A DNA stretch of 64,000 nucleotides, from contig NZ_OZ241356.1 of assembly GCF_965200405.1 (NCBI RefSeq), forward strand, positions 2,186,370-2,250,369. Direction: 5' to 3'. A program made the position numbers and the translations under genes. Below the pieces are notes generated by a model that saw only the letters and a list, made by a program, of their open reading frames with translations, did no database searches and was not told the origin of the DNA. This document shows positions 10,311 through 19,311 of this stretch, piece after piece (positions within the stretch are counted from its first letter, which is position 1; every line of letters begins with the position of its first letter). This DNA comes from Glacieibacterium sp. GTDB lineage: Bacteria > Pseudomonadota > Alphaproteobacteria > Sphingomonadales > Sphingomonadaceae.

Positions 10311-11411
10311 ATGCTGAACGGCGCCTGGACGCTGCGGCTGCGGGCGATCCCCTGGGCGATCGTGCTGGTCATCATCGCGCTGACCGGCTTTGGACTGGTG
10401 ATCCTGTATTCCGCGGCGGGCGGCAGCCTGCAGCCCTGGGCGCTGAAGCAGGGCATCCGCTTTGTCGTGCTGCTGCTTGCCATGCTGGTGCTGGCGCAGA
10501 TCGATACCGGGGTGTGGCTGAAATGGGCCTATGCCCTGTACGGCGCGGTGTTGCTCGCCCTCGTCGGGGTCGAGCTGCTGGGGCAGATCGGCGGCGGCAG
10601 CCAGCGCTGGCTCGACCTGGGCATCATCCAGCTGCAGCCGTCGGAGTTCATGAAGCTGGCCATCATCCTGGCCCTGGCGCGCTTTTATCAAAATCTGCCG
10701 CGGCCGTTCCTGACCACCATCCAGGGGCTGTGGCCGCCGCTGCTGTTGATCGCGATGCCGGCGGCGCTGGTCATGCTGCAACCCGACCTCGGCACGGCGC
10801 TGGCGATCTCGTTCGGCGGGGTCGTGATGATGTTCCTGGCGGGGGTGCGGCTGTGGCTGTTCCTGGGGGCCGGGGCGGCGGTCGGTGCGGCGCTGCCGGT
10901 GGCGTGGACGATGCTCCACGACTACCAGCGCAAGCGCGTGCTGATCTTCATGGATCCGGCCAGCGATCCGCTCGGTGCCGGCTATCATATCACCCAGTCG
11001 AAGATCGCCATCGGCAGTGGTGGATTGTCGGGTAAAGGTTTCCTGCAAGGAACGCAGTCTCACCTCGACTATCTGCCAGAACTTCACACCGACTTTATCT
11101 TTGCGACTATGGCTGAAGAGTGGGGTTTACTTGGTGGCTTGTTTGTCATCATCGGCTTCGGCACCCTGCTGGCCTGGGGCATCGGCGTTGCACTCAGGGC
11201 GCGCACCCGGTTCGAGCGACTAGCCGCGCTGGGGCTGACCTTCACGCTGTTTTTCTATTTGGCGATCAACATGATGATGGTGATGGGATTGGCGCCCGTC
11301 GTCGGCATTCCGCTGCCGTTGATCAGCTATGGCGGCTCGGCGATGATGACCGTGCTGATCCTGCTCGGTTTGCTGATGGGGATCGCCCGCCAGACCCGAC
11401 GCGCCGCCTGA
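10311..11411 (+). CDS. rodA: Peptidoglycan glycosyltransferase RodA (SEDS family)
   Basis: ORF 10212..11411 trimmed to ATG 10311 (MLNGAWTLRL...). It contains SEDS blocks (...QPSEFMKLAIILALARFY..., ...DFIFATMAEEWGLLGG..., ...PLPLISYGGSAMM...). Confidence 0.9.
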   Translation: MLNGAWTLRLRAIPWAIVLVIIALTGFGLVILYSAAGGSLQPWALKQGIRFVVLLLAMLVLAQIDTGVWLKWAYALYGAVLLALVGVELLGQIGGGSQRWLDLGIIQLQPSEFMKLAIILALARFYQNLPRPFLTTIQGLWPPLLLIAMPAALVMLQPDLGTALAISFGGVVMMFLAGVRLWLFLGAGAAVGAALPVAWTMLHDYQRKRVLIFMDPASDPLGAGYHITQSKIAIGSGGLSGKGFLQGTQSHLDYLPELHTDFIFATMAEEWGLLGGLFVIIGFGTLLAWGIGVALRARTRFERLAALGLTFTLFFYLAINMMMVMGLAPVVGIPLPLISYGGSAMMTVLILLGLLMGIARQTRRAA

Positions 11412-11840
11412 CCAGGCGAGCCGCGCGCGTCACCACTGCAAGGCGCTGATTCTAACGGTGCATCGCGCGAATCACGTCGTTCGTCGCGACAAATCAGATA
11501 ATCGGCGCGGTATCCGGGCCAATCCTTGCCTCGTTATTACCAGAACAGCGCGGCAGGACAGTCACGCTACAAGATAATCGCATCATGACAGTCACAGCAC
11601 TACGGCTTTACTGACCCGTAACGATCTTTCTTGCGTCGATGGTTAGGTCGAAACAACGCGCGATCGATTAGCCGTTATTTAATAACTTGTACAAACAATA
11701 GTCATACCGGTCATGAAACAACCGCTTGCAACTGTTCTATGCTTTTTGTCTATTTCAATCGTTGAGGCTCTGAAACGCAGTAATTTAACTTCAAAGTAAG
11801 TCGCCTTAACCGAGTGTTTATTCAAGAGGGGAGAGTTCTA

Positions 11841-14800
11841 GTGGCGTATTTACCAGGCGGGGATCTACGATCCTGTCGATCAGGTCGCGATGGTCTGGCT
11901 GTCGCCCGATCTTCACGCCGCAAGCTCTCCTCGGTGTCGGCGATCGCGATCGCCAGCGCGATGTCGATGGTCTCGGCACCGACTGCAGCAGCAATCCCCA
12001 GCTCGCTGGTCAGCGCCTGTTCGGGCGTCAGCCTGCCTCGCTCGGTCGTGACCAGCATTCTCGGGCCGGCCCTGATCGCGACCACCAACGGATTGCAGAG
12101 CGCACTCAACGGCTTGCTTGGACCGGTGCTCGGCATCAACGTCGACGCTGCCGGCCTGGTTGCCGCGGCTGCGAACGGCCAGAACATCGGCGTCTCGGCG
12201 GTCAATCTGAACGGCACGCTCGTCGGACCGGGCACCAGCTGCAACACCACTTCCAACTCGTATCAGCTCGACGTTCCCGCCGGCCTGTCGATCGGTGGCA
12301 ACCGGATCACCGGCCTCGGCTCCAACGGCCTAGATGCGACGGCCGGCGAGCTCAACTCGATCGCCCTCGGCAACAGCGCCTCGACCCTCGGCACGGCAAC
12401 GGGCGCGGTCGGCATCGGTAACGTCGCGGTCGTCAACGGCGCCGGCGGCGTCGCGATCGGCGCGAACGCCGTCGCCGGCACGGCGGGCAGTCCGTTGCTC
12501 GTCAACCAGGTGGCGCTGGGTAACGGTGCACGCGCAACCGCAAACAACAGCATCGCCATCGGCGCGGGCTCCCGGGCCATCGCTGCCAACAGCGTTGCCA
12601 TCGGCAACAACTCGCTGACCGGCGGACGTGGCGCTTCGATCGGCTATACCGCAACGGGCCTGACTGCCCCGCAGAACTCGGTCGGCACCGTGTCGGTCGG
12701 TTCGTCGGGCGCGGAACGGCAGATCACCAACGTCGCTGCGGGTTCAGCGGCGACCGACGCCGTCAACGTCCTGCAGCTCGCGACCGTCGCGGCGGCCGGC
12801 CAGAATTCACTGAAGTATGATTTGATCGGTGGCACGCCGACCAACACCGTCACCTTGGCCAGCGGCGTGCCGGGTTCGGTCAAGGTCACCAACCTGACCG
12901 CCGCGACGCTTACTGCAGGCTCCACCGACGCGGTCAACGGCGGCCAGCTGTTCGCGACCAACACCCAGGTCGCGACCAACACTGCCGGCATTGCCACCAA
13001 CACCAGCGCCGTCGCCAGCAACACCGCCGCGATCACCGCGAACGGCACGATCACGGCCGGCAAAACGATCAGCATCGCTGCCCTCAACAACGGCACCGCC
13101 GGCCTGGTGCAGCAGGATGGCGGCGCACCCAGCGACGGCCCGATCCGTGTCGGCGCGGGAACCGGCAGCACCGTCGTCAGCTTCCTCGGCACCGAGGGTA
13201 ACCGCCGCCTGACCGATGTCGCCGACGCCACGGCAACGACCGACGCAGTCAATCTGGGGCAGCTCAACAGCGTGGCCGCCCAGTCCGCCAATGCGATCGT
13301 CTACGACGTCGATGGCCTCGGTGTCCGCACCAACCGCGCGACTCTCTCCGGTGCCCAGGGCGCCGCGGTGACACTCGCCAATGTTGCTCCCGGTACACTG
13401 ACAGCCACTTCGAGCGAGGCAGTCAACGGCGCCCAGCTGTTCGCGACCAATGGCCAGGTCGAGACCAACACCGCCAACATCACCACCAACACCACCAACC
13501 TGGGTAACCTGACGACCGGCCTCGCCAACGGCACGGTCGGGCTGGTGCAGCAGGCGGGTGGCCTGCCGGACGGCGTCATCAGCATCGGCGGCGCCACCGG
13601 TGGTGCCGCGATCAACGTCGCCGGCACCGGTGGCACGCGCACCATCACCGGCGTCACCGCCGGCGTCGATGCGACCGATGCGGTCAACGTCGGCCAGCTC
13701 TCGGCGGTTGGCGCTGTCGCCCAGAACGGCGTGCAGTACGACACTGCCGGTGGCGTCAAGACCAACACCGTGACGCTGGCGGGTACTCCGGGCGCCGCGG
13801 TGACCGTCACCAACGTCGCCCCGGGTGCGCTGAACGCTACATCGACGGATGCAGTCAACGGCGCCCAGCTGTTTGCGACCAACGGTCAGGTCGAGACCAA
13901 CACCACCAACATCGCGACCAACACGACGAACATCACGGCCAACACCACCAACCTGGGTAACCTGACGACCGGCCTCGCCAACGGCACGGTCGGGCTGGTC
14001 CAGCAGGCGAATGGCCTGCCGGGCGGTGTCATCACCATCGGCAGCGCAACCGGTGGTGCCAGCATCAACGTCGCCGGCACCGGTGGCACGCGCACCATCA
14101 CCGGCGTGACCGCCGGCGTCGATGCGACCGATGCGGTCAACGTCGGTCAGCTTGCGGCAGTCGGCTCGGTCGCCGAGAACGCCGTGCAGTACGACACCGC
14201 CGGTGGCGTCAAGACCAACACCGTGACCCTGGCCGGTACCCCGGGCGCTGCGGTGACCGTCACCAACGTCGCCGCCGGACAGCTTAGCGACACCTCGACC
14301 GACGCGGTCAACGGTTCGCAACTGTTCGCCACCAATACCCAGGTGACGACCAACACCAACAACATCGCCACCAACACCACCAACCTGGGCAATCTGACGA
14401 CCGGCCTCGCCAACGGCACGGTCGGCCTGGTCCAGCAGACCGGTGGCCTGCCGGGCGGCGTCATCACCATAGGCGCAGCGACCGGCGGGACATCCGTCAA
14501 CGTCGCGGGCAACGATGGCGCGCGCGTCATCTCCGGCGTCGCCACCGGTGTCGCCGCGACCGATGCGGCGAACGTCGGCCAGGTCGCCGCAATCGGCGCC
14601 GTGGTCCAGAACTCGGTCCAGTACGACACCGTCGGCACGGTTCGGACCAACACCGTGACCCTCGCCGGCGGCAGCACCGGCACGGTGACCGTCACCAATG
14701 TCGCTCCGGCGGCGTTGACGGCGACGTCGACCGACGCGGTTAACGGCGCCCAGCTGTTCGCCACCAACACCCAGGTTGCGACCAACACCGCCGACATCAT

Positions 14801-15923
14801 CACCAACACTACCAACATCGCCGGCAACACCACGGCGATCACGAACCTGACGACCAGCCTCAACAACGGCTCGGTCGGCCTGGTCCAGCAGACCGGCGGC
14901 ACCCCGGGTGCCGGGCAGATCACGGTCGGCGGCAACACCGGCGGTACCAGCGTGACCATCGCCGGCACCGACGGCAACCGCACGCTGACCGGCCTACGGG
15001 CAGGTCTCGCCGGCAGCGACGCTGCGACCGTGGGCCAGCTTGCCCAGGTCACGGGCGGCGCCTTCAACGCCCTGCAGTACGACACCGATGCCGATGGTGG
15101 CCGTCTCAACACCGTCACCCTGATCGGTGGCACCGCTGCTCCGGTCGGGATCACCAACGTCGCTGACGGGAATGTCGCGGCGGGCTCCACCGACGCGGTC
15201 AATGGCGGCCAGCTGGCTGCGACCAACGCCAGCGTCGCGGCGAACACCGCCGGCCTGGCGGCGACCAACGTCACCGTCGCCAACAACACCACGGCGATCA
15301 CGGCGATCAACAACGGTGCAGCGGGCGCCTTCCGCTCCAACAACACCGCTGGGGCAGCGGCTCCGTCGGCAACCGGGGCGAACGCCACGGCGGGCGGCTT
15401 CGGCGCCACCGCAACGGCATCGCGCGCCGTCGCGATCGGCAACGGTGCGACTGCGACCGGCATCAACTCGGTCGCACTGGGTGCGGGCAGCAGCGACGGC
15501 GGCGTCGCCAACGTCGTCTCGGTCGGCTCCGTCGGGGCCGAGCGTCGCCTGACCAACGTCGGTCCGGCGCTCAACGGCACCGATGCGGTCAACCTGTCGC
15601 AGCTCCAGGCGGTCCAGAGCCAGTTCGGCGCGGCCACGACCGGCCTGCAGAACCAGATCAACAACCTGAACTTCGACGTTCGTCGCGTCCGTCGCGACGC
15701 CGATGCGGCGACCGCAGGGGCGATGGCAGTGGCGGCATTGCCACAGGCCTTCACCCCGGGCGCCGGCATGGTCGGCGGCGGCATCGGCGAATGGCGCGGC
15801 CAGGTCGCCTTCGCGGTCGGCGGTTCCAAGATCATCGGCGACCAGACGGTGATCAAGGCCGGCGCCTCGATCAACACGCACGGCACCGGCGGCTTCAATG
15901 CCGGCGTCGGATACCAGTTCTAA
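11841..15923 (+). CDS. Trimeric autotransporter adhesin (YadA-like, type Vc)
   Basis: ORF 11814..15923. The preferred start is GTG 11841, which has GAGGGGAGAG 6-10 nt upstream. The protein has a signal-like segment (SAIAIASAMSMVSAPTAAA), repeated SIALGNSA/AIGANA head motifs, many DAVNxxQL neck motifs and a C-terminal YadA-type membrane anchor (...AATAGAMAVAALPQAF...GGFNAGVGYQF). Confidence 0.9.
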   Translation: MAYLPGGDLRSCRSGRDGLAVARSSRRKLSSVSAIAIASAMSMVSAPTAAAIPSSLVSACSGVSLPRSVVTSILGPALIATTNGLQSALNGLLGPVLGINVDAAGLVAAAANGQNIGVSAVNLNGTLVGPGTSCNTTSNSYQLDVPAGLSIGGNRITGLGSNGLDATAGELNSIALGNSASTLGTATGAVGIGNVAVVNGAGGVAIGANAVAGTAGSPLLVNQVALGNGARATANNSIAIGAGSRAIAANSVAIGNNSLTGGRGASIGYTATGLTAPQNSVGTVSVGSSGAERQITNVAAGSAATDAVNVLQLATVAAAGQNSLKYDLIGGTPTNTVTLASGVPGSVKVTNLTAATLTAGSTDAVNGGQLFATNTQVATNTAGIATNTSAVASNTAAITANGTITAGKTISIAALNNGTAGLVQQDGGAPSDGPIRVGAGTGSTVVSFLGTEGNRRLTDVADATATTDAVNLGQLNSVAAQSANAIVYDVDGLGVRTNRATLSGAQGAAVTLANVAPGTLTATSSEAVNGAQLFATNGQVETNTANITTNTTNLGNLTTGLANGTVGLVQQAGGLPDGVISIGGATGGAAINVAGTGGTRTITGVTAGVDATDAVNVGQLSAVGAVAQNGVQYDTAGGVKTNTVTLAGTPGAAVTVTNVAPGALNATSTDAVNGAQLFATNGQVETNTTNIATNTTNITANTTNLGNLTTGLANGTVGLVQQANGLPGGVITIGSATGGASINVAGTGGTRTITGVTAGVDATDAVNVGQLAAVGSVAENAVQYDTAGGVKTNTVTLAGTPGAAVTVTNVAAGQLSDTSTDAVNGSQLFATNTQVTTNTNNIATNTTNLGNLTTGLANGTVGLVQQTGGLPGGVITIGAATGGTSVNVAGNDGARVISGVATGVAATDAANVGQVAAIGAVVQNSVQYDTVGTVRTNTVTLAGGSTGTVTVTNVAPAALTATSTDAVNGAQLFATNTQVATNTADIITNTTNIAGNTTAITNLTTSLNNGSVGLVQQTGGTPGAGQITVGGNTGGTSVTIAGTDGNRTLTGLRAGLAGSDAATVGQLAQVTGGAFNALQYDTDADGGRLNTVTLIGGTAAPVGITNVADGNVAAGSTDAVNGGQLAATNASVAANTAGLAATNVTVANNTTAITAINNGAAGAFRSNNTAGAAAPSATGANATAGGFGATATASRAVAIGNGATATGINSVALGAGSSDGGVANVVSVGSVGAERRLTNVGPALNGTDAVNLSQLQAVQSQFGAATTGLQNQINNLNFDVRRVRRDADAATAGAMAVAALPQAFTPGAGMVGGGIGEWRGQVAFAVGGSKIIGDQTVIKAGASINTHGTGGFNAGVGYQF
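12927..15191 (+). repeat. Five in-frame tandem stalk modules (432-489 bp each) inside the adhesin gene
   Basis: The module start motif GA(C/T/G)GC(G/A)GT(C/T)AA(C/T)GG recurs at 12927, 13416, 13848, 14301, 14733 and 15192. The periods are 489/432/453/432/459 bp, all multiples of 3. Segments 13611-13697 and 14064-14150 differ at only 1 of ~83 nt. Confidence 0.85.
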
Positions 15924-15944
15924 CCTGTCTCCCCTGAAAACTCT

Positions 15945-15980
15945 GGCCGGGATGAGCAATCGTCCCGGCCTTTTTCTTTT
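15945..15980 (+). terminator. Rho-independent terminator of the adhesin gene
   Basis: GGCCGGGA (15945-15952) pairs with TCCCGGCC (15963-15970), followed by TTTTTCTTTT. Confidence 0.75.
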
Positions 15981-16016
15981 TGCGGTCTACCCGTCGAGCC
16001 GACTACAGCGCTCGGC

Positions 16017-18260
16017 ATGGATGACACCGTAGCGCTGCCCCGCAGTTTCTCGCGCCGCCTGCCGCTACGGCCGCTGTTCACCGCGACGGTGCTGCTCGGC
16101 TCGTTCCTGCTGTTCATGATCCAGCCGATGTTCGGGCGCAGCGTCCTGCCCGTGCTCGGCGGCGCGCCGTCGGTGTGGAACACGGCGATGCTGTTCTACC
16201 AGACCGTGCTGCTGCTCGGGTATCTCTACGCCCATGCGCTGCGCCACCTGCCGCTGCGGCGCCAGCTGATGCTCCACCTGGTCCTGTTCGTCGTCGCCGG
16301 GCTGACCCTGCCGGTCGCGGTCGCGCAATGGCTGCCGGCGATCGGCGCGGCGCCGCCGGTGCTGTGGCTGCTCGGGCTGCTGGCGGCGTCGATCGGGCCG
16401 GTGTTCTTCGTCACCTCGGCGCAGGCTCCGCTGATGCAGTCGTGGTTTGCGCGCTCCGGTCATCCGCTGGCGGGCAATCCCTACTTCCTCTACGCCGCGT
16501 CGAACTTCGGCAGCTTTGCCGCGCTGATCGCCTATCCGCTGCTGATCGAGCCGGCGCTGCGCCTCGGCGACCAGGCCCGGCTGTGGTCGGCGGGCTTCGT
16601 CATCCTGGCGCTGCTGGTCGCCGCCTGCGGCTATGCGGTGCGCGGCGGCACCGCGACCGCGACCGCGATCGCGACGGTGCCGGTAACCTGGCGCCAGCGC
16701 GGCCGGTGGACCCTGCTCGCCCTCGTGCCGTCGGGGCTGCTGCTGTCGACGACCACCCACCTGACCACCGACATCATGGCGATGCCGCTGCTGTGGGTCA
16801 TCCCGCTGGCGGTCTACCTGCTCAGCTTCGTGCTGGCGTTCGGGCGCTGGGGCAGGGCGTTCACCAACTGGGCGCTGGGTGGCGCACCGCTGGCGCTGCT
16901 GCTGCTCGGCGGCTCGGCTTTCATGTCGATCGGCATGGTGGCGTGGATGTTCGCCGCGGCCGGCGTGGTGTTGCTGTTCGTCGTGGCGCTGGCCCTGCAC
17001 GGCACGCTGGCAGAGGAACGCCCGGAAGCCGCCTCGCTCACCGATTTCTATCTGTGGATCTCGGTCGGCGGTGCGCTTGGCGGCGTGTTCTGCGCGCTGC
17101 TCGCACCGGCGGTGTTCGACTGGCCCTACGAGCATCCGCTGCTGTTGATTGCCGCCGCCGCGCTGATCCCGGCCCGCCTGCTGGTGCCGCTGGCGGGGCG
17201 CCTCTGGTCCAGCCCGGTGGCGCGGATCGTCGTGATTGTCGGCGCGCCGTTGCTGTCGCTGTGGATCGGTCGCGCCTTCCTCTCGGTGTCGAGCGGCGTC
17301 GCGCCGGCGGACTCGGCGCTCGTCGCCTTGTGCCTGCTGGGCGGCACGGCGGTGCTGGCGATCGGACGTCCGCTGCTGTTCGCCGTCCTGTTCACCTGCG
17401 TGGTCCTGGCGTTCGGCGGCTGGCACCAGCTCGAACTATCGCGGAACGGCGTGCGCGAGCGCAGCTTCTTCGGCATCTACACCGTCGAGGACGTGCGCTC
17501 GACCAACGTCCGCCACCTGCTGCACGGCACGACGCTGCACGGTGTCCAGTCCCTCGACCCGCGCTTCGTCACGGTGCCGATGACCTATTATGCGCCGGGC
17601 AGCGGTGTCGGACTGGCCTTGAAGGCGGTGCCGCCCATGTTCGGGCCGAACGCCCGCATTGCCTTTGTCGGGCTGGGGAGCGGAACGTTGAGTTGCTATG
17701 CCCAGCCGGGCCAGGCCTGGACGGCGTACGAGATCGACCCGGTGATCGTCGGCATTGCGAAGCGCCGCTTCAGCTATGTCTCGCGGTGCCGGCCCGACCT
17801 GCGGATCGTGCTAGGGGATGCGCGGTTGACGCTGGCGGCGGCGGCACCGGCCGGGCTCGACGTGCTGGCGGTCGACGCCTTCTCGTCCGACGCGATCCCG
17901 CTGCACATGGTGACGCGCGAGGCGTTCCGCGTCTACGGTCGCGCCCTGCAGCGTGACGGCGTGCTGCTGCTGCATATCTCGAACCGCTACCTTGAGCTGG
18001 AGCCGGTGGTCGCCGCGATTGCCAAGGCAGAGGGCTGGACGGCGCGGGTCCACGACTATACCGCGCCGAAAAACCAACCACGCGGCGTGCAGTTCACCAA
18101 CTCGTCGTGGATCGTGCTGACGCGCTCGCCGCAGCACATGGACGCGGTCGTCGCCGCGACGCCGCCGGGCAGTTGGCGGCCTCTCCTCGAGCAGCCCGGC
18201 CTGACCGCCTGGAGCGACGACTTCGCCAGCATCCTGCCGGTATTGAAGCGTCCGCACTGA
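16017..18260 (+). CDS. Fused polytopic membrane domain / spermidine synthase-like methyltransferase-fold protein
   Basis: 747 aa. The N-terminal ~470 aa form many TM helices. The C-terminal part (...FGIYTVEDV...LLHGTTLHGVQ...IAFVGLGSGTL...AYEIDPVIV...LDVLAVDAFSSDAIPLHMVTREAF...) follows the spermidine synthase/aminopropyltransferase-like pattern. Confidence 0.8.
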   Translation: MDDTVALPRSFSRRLPLRPLFTATVLLGSFLLFMIQPMFGRSVLPVLGGAPSVWNTAMLFYQTVLLLGYLYAHALRHLPLRRQLMLHLVLFVVAGLTLPVAVAQWLPAIGAAPPVLWLLGLLAASIGPVFFVTSAQAPLMQSWFARSGHPLAGNPYFLYAASNFGSFAALIAYPLLIEPALRLGDQARLWSAGFVILALLVAACGYAVRGGTATATAIATVPVTWRQRGRWTLLALVPSGLLLSTTTHLTTDIMAMPLLWVIPLAVYLLSFVLAFGRWGRAFTNWALGGAPLALLLLGGSAFMSIGMVAWMFAAAGVVLLFVVALALHGTLAEERPEAASLTDFYLWISVGGALGGVFCALLAPAVFDWPYEHPLLLIAAAALIPARLLVPLAGRLWSSPVARIVVIVGAPLLSLWIGRAFLSVSSGVAPADSALVALCLLGGTAVLAIGRPLLFAVLFTCVVLAFGGWHQLELSRNGVRERSFFGIYTVEDVRSTNVRHLLHGTTLHGVQSLDPRFVTVPMTYYAPGSGVGLALKAVPPMFGPNARIAFVGLGSGTLSCYAQPGQAWTAYEIDPVIVGIAKRRFSYVSRCRPDLRIVLGDARLTLAAAAPAGLDVLAVDAFSSDAIPLHMVTREAFRVYGRALQRDGVLLLHISNRYLELEPVVAAIAKAEGWTARVHDYTAPKNQPRGVQFTNSSWIVLTRSPQHMDAVVAATPPGSWRPLLEQPGLTAWSDDFASILPVLKRPH

Positions 18261-18336
18261 CGCCTGAACAGGATGGCGTTTTCGTTGCGGTTCCATCATC
18301 CTGACGATCGGCGGCAGGGGCCGTCGACAGGAGGCG

Positions 18337-19257
18337 ATGATGAGGATCTTGGCAGCGGCGGTAGGATTGAGCCTGGCAAGTGCGGCAACAGCGGGGATCG
18401 TGCCATTCCCGGCCGGCTTCAAGGTCGAGGACATCGCAGCGAACGGCACGACGATCCACATCCGCAGCGGCGGCAAGGGGCCGGCGGTGGTGCTGCTCCA
18501 CGGCTATGGCGAAACCGGCGACATGTGGGGCGCGCTGGCCGTCGACCTGGCGCGCGACCACCGCGTCGTGGTTCCCGACCTGAGGGGACTCGGACTGTCC
18601 GCACGCCCGCCGGGCGGCTATGACAAGAAGACCCAGGGCGCCGATGTCACGGCGGTCCTCGATGCGCTGAAGATCGGCAAGGTCGATGTCGTGGCGCACG
18701 ATATCGGCAACATGGTCGCCTATGCCTTCGCCGCCGAGAATCCTTCGCGGGTGACCAGGCTGGTCCTGATGGACGCGCCGGTCCCGGGCATCGGGCCGTG
18801 GGAGGAGATCCTCAAGAACCCGCTGCTATGGCATTTCCGCTTTGGCGGCCCCGACATGGAGCGGCTGGTGGCGAGGCGCGAGCGCATCTACCTCGACCGC
18901 TTCTGGAACGATTTCTCGGCCGATCCCAAGCACTTCGACGAAGCATCTCGGCAGCATTACGCGGCGCTGTATGCCTTGCCCGGCGCCATGCACTCCGGCT
19001 TCGCGCAGTTCGCCGCCTTCGACCAGGATGCCATCGACAACAAGGCGTTCCTGGCGACGGGCGGCAAGCTGACCATGCCGGTGCTGGCCATCGGCGGCGC
19101 GGCGTCGTTCGGCGAGACGATGGCGACCGTAGTGCGCTTTGCCGCCACCGACGTGCAGGGCGCGGTGATCGCCGGCTCGGGGCATTGGCTGATGGAGGAG
19201 CAACCTACGGCAACGGTCGCGGCAATCCGCGCCTTCCTCGACAAGCCGGCGCGCTGA
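18337..19257 (+). CDS. Secreted alpha/beta hydrolase, epoxide hydrolase/dehalogenase-like (Asp nucleophile)
   Basis: It has a signal peptide (MMRILAAAVGLSLASAATA), HGYGETGDMW, the nucleophile elbow VVAHDIGNMVA and the C-terminal GHWLMEEQP. Confidence 0.85.
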   Translation: MMRILAAAVGLSLASAATAGIVPFPAGFKVEDIAANGTTIHIRSGGKGPAVVLLHGYGETGDMWGALAVDLARDHRVVVPDLRGLGLSARPPGGYDKKTQGADVTAVLDALKIGKVDVVAHDIGNMVAYAFAAENPSRVTRLVLMDAPVPGIGPWEEILKNPLLWHFRFGGPDMERLVARRERIYLDRFWNDFSADPKHFDEASRQHYAALYALPGAMHSGFAQFAAFDQDAIDNKAFLATGGKLTMPVLAIGGAASFGETMATVVRFAATDVQGAVIAGSGHWLMEEQPTATVAAIRAFLDKPAR

Positions 19258-19265
19258 CACGCGAA

Positions 19266-19291
19266 GGCCCGCACCGTTGCCGGTGCGGGCC
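19266..19291. terminator. Bidirectional terminator-like hairpin between convergent genes
   Basis: GGCCCGCACCG (19266-19276) and CGGTGCGGGCC (19281-19291) flank loop TTGC, between the hydrolase stop (19257) and the receptor stop (19312). Confidence 0.5.
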
Positions 19292-19311
19292 CCCATGTCA
19301 GCTCGGAAGAT

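Noticed and set aside
11640-11830. CtrA-like TTAA-N7-TTAA boxes in the adhesin leader and in the 2640-2700 spacer.
   Set aside because: The observed spacings are N16 (TTAAC...TTAAC) and N10, not N7. Only half-sites match.
12807-15898. Long minus-strand ORFs (504 aa and 583 aa) inside the adhesin gene.
   Set aside because: They are antisense to a gene with a clear signal segment, neck motifs and YadA anchor. The repeats create long open antisense frames.
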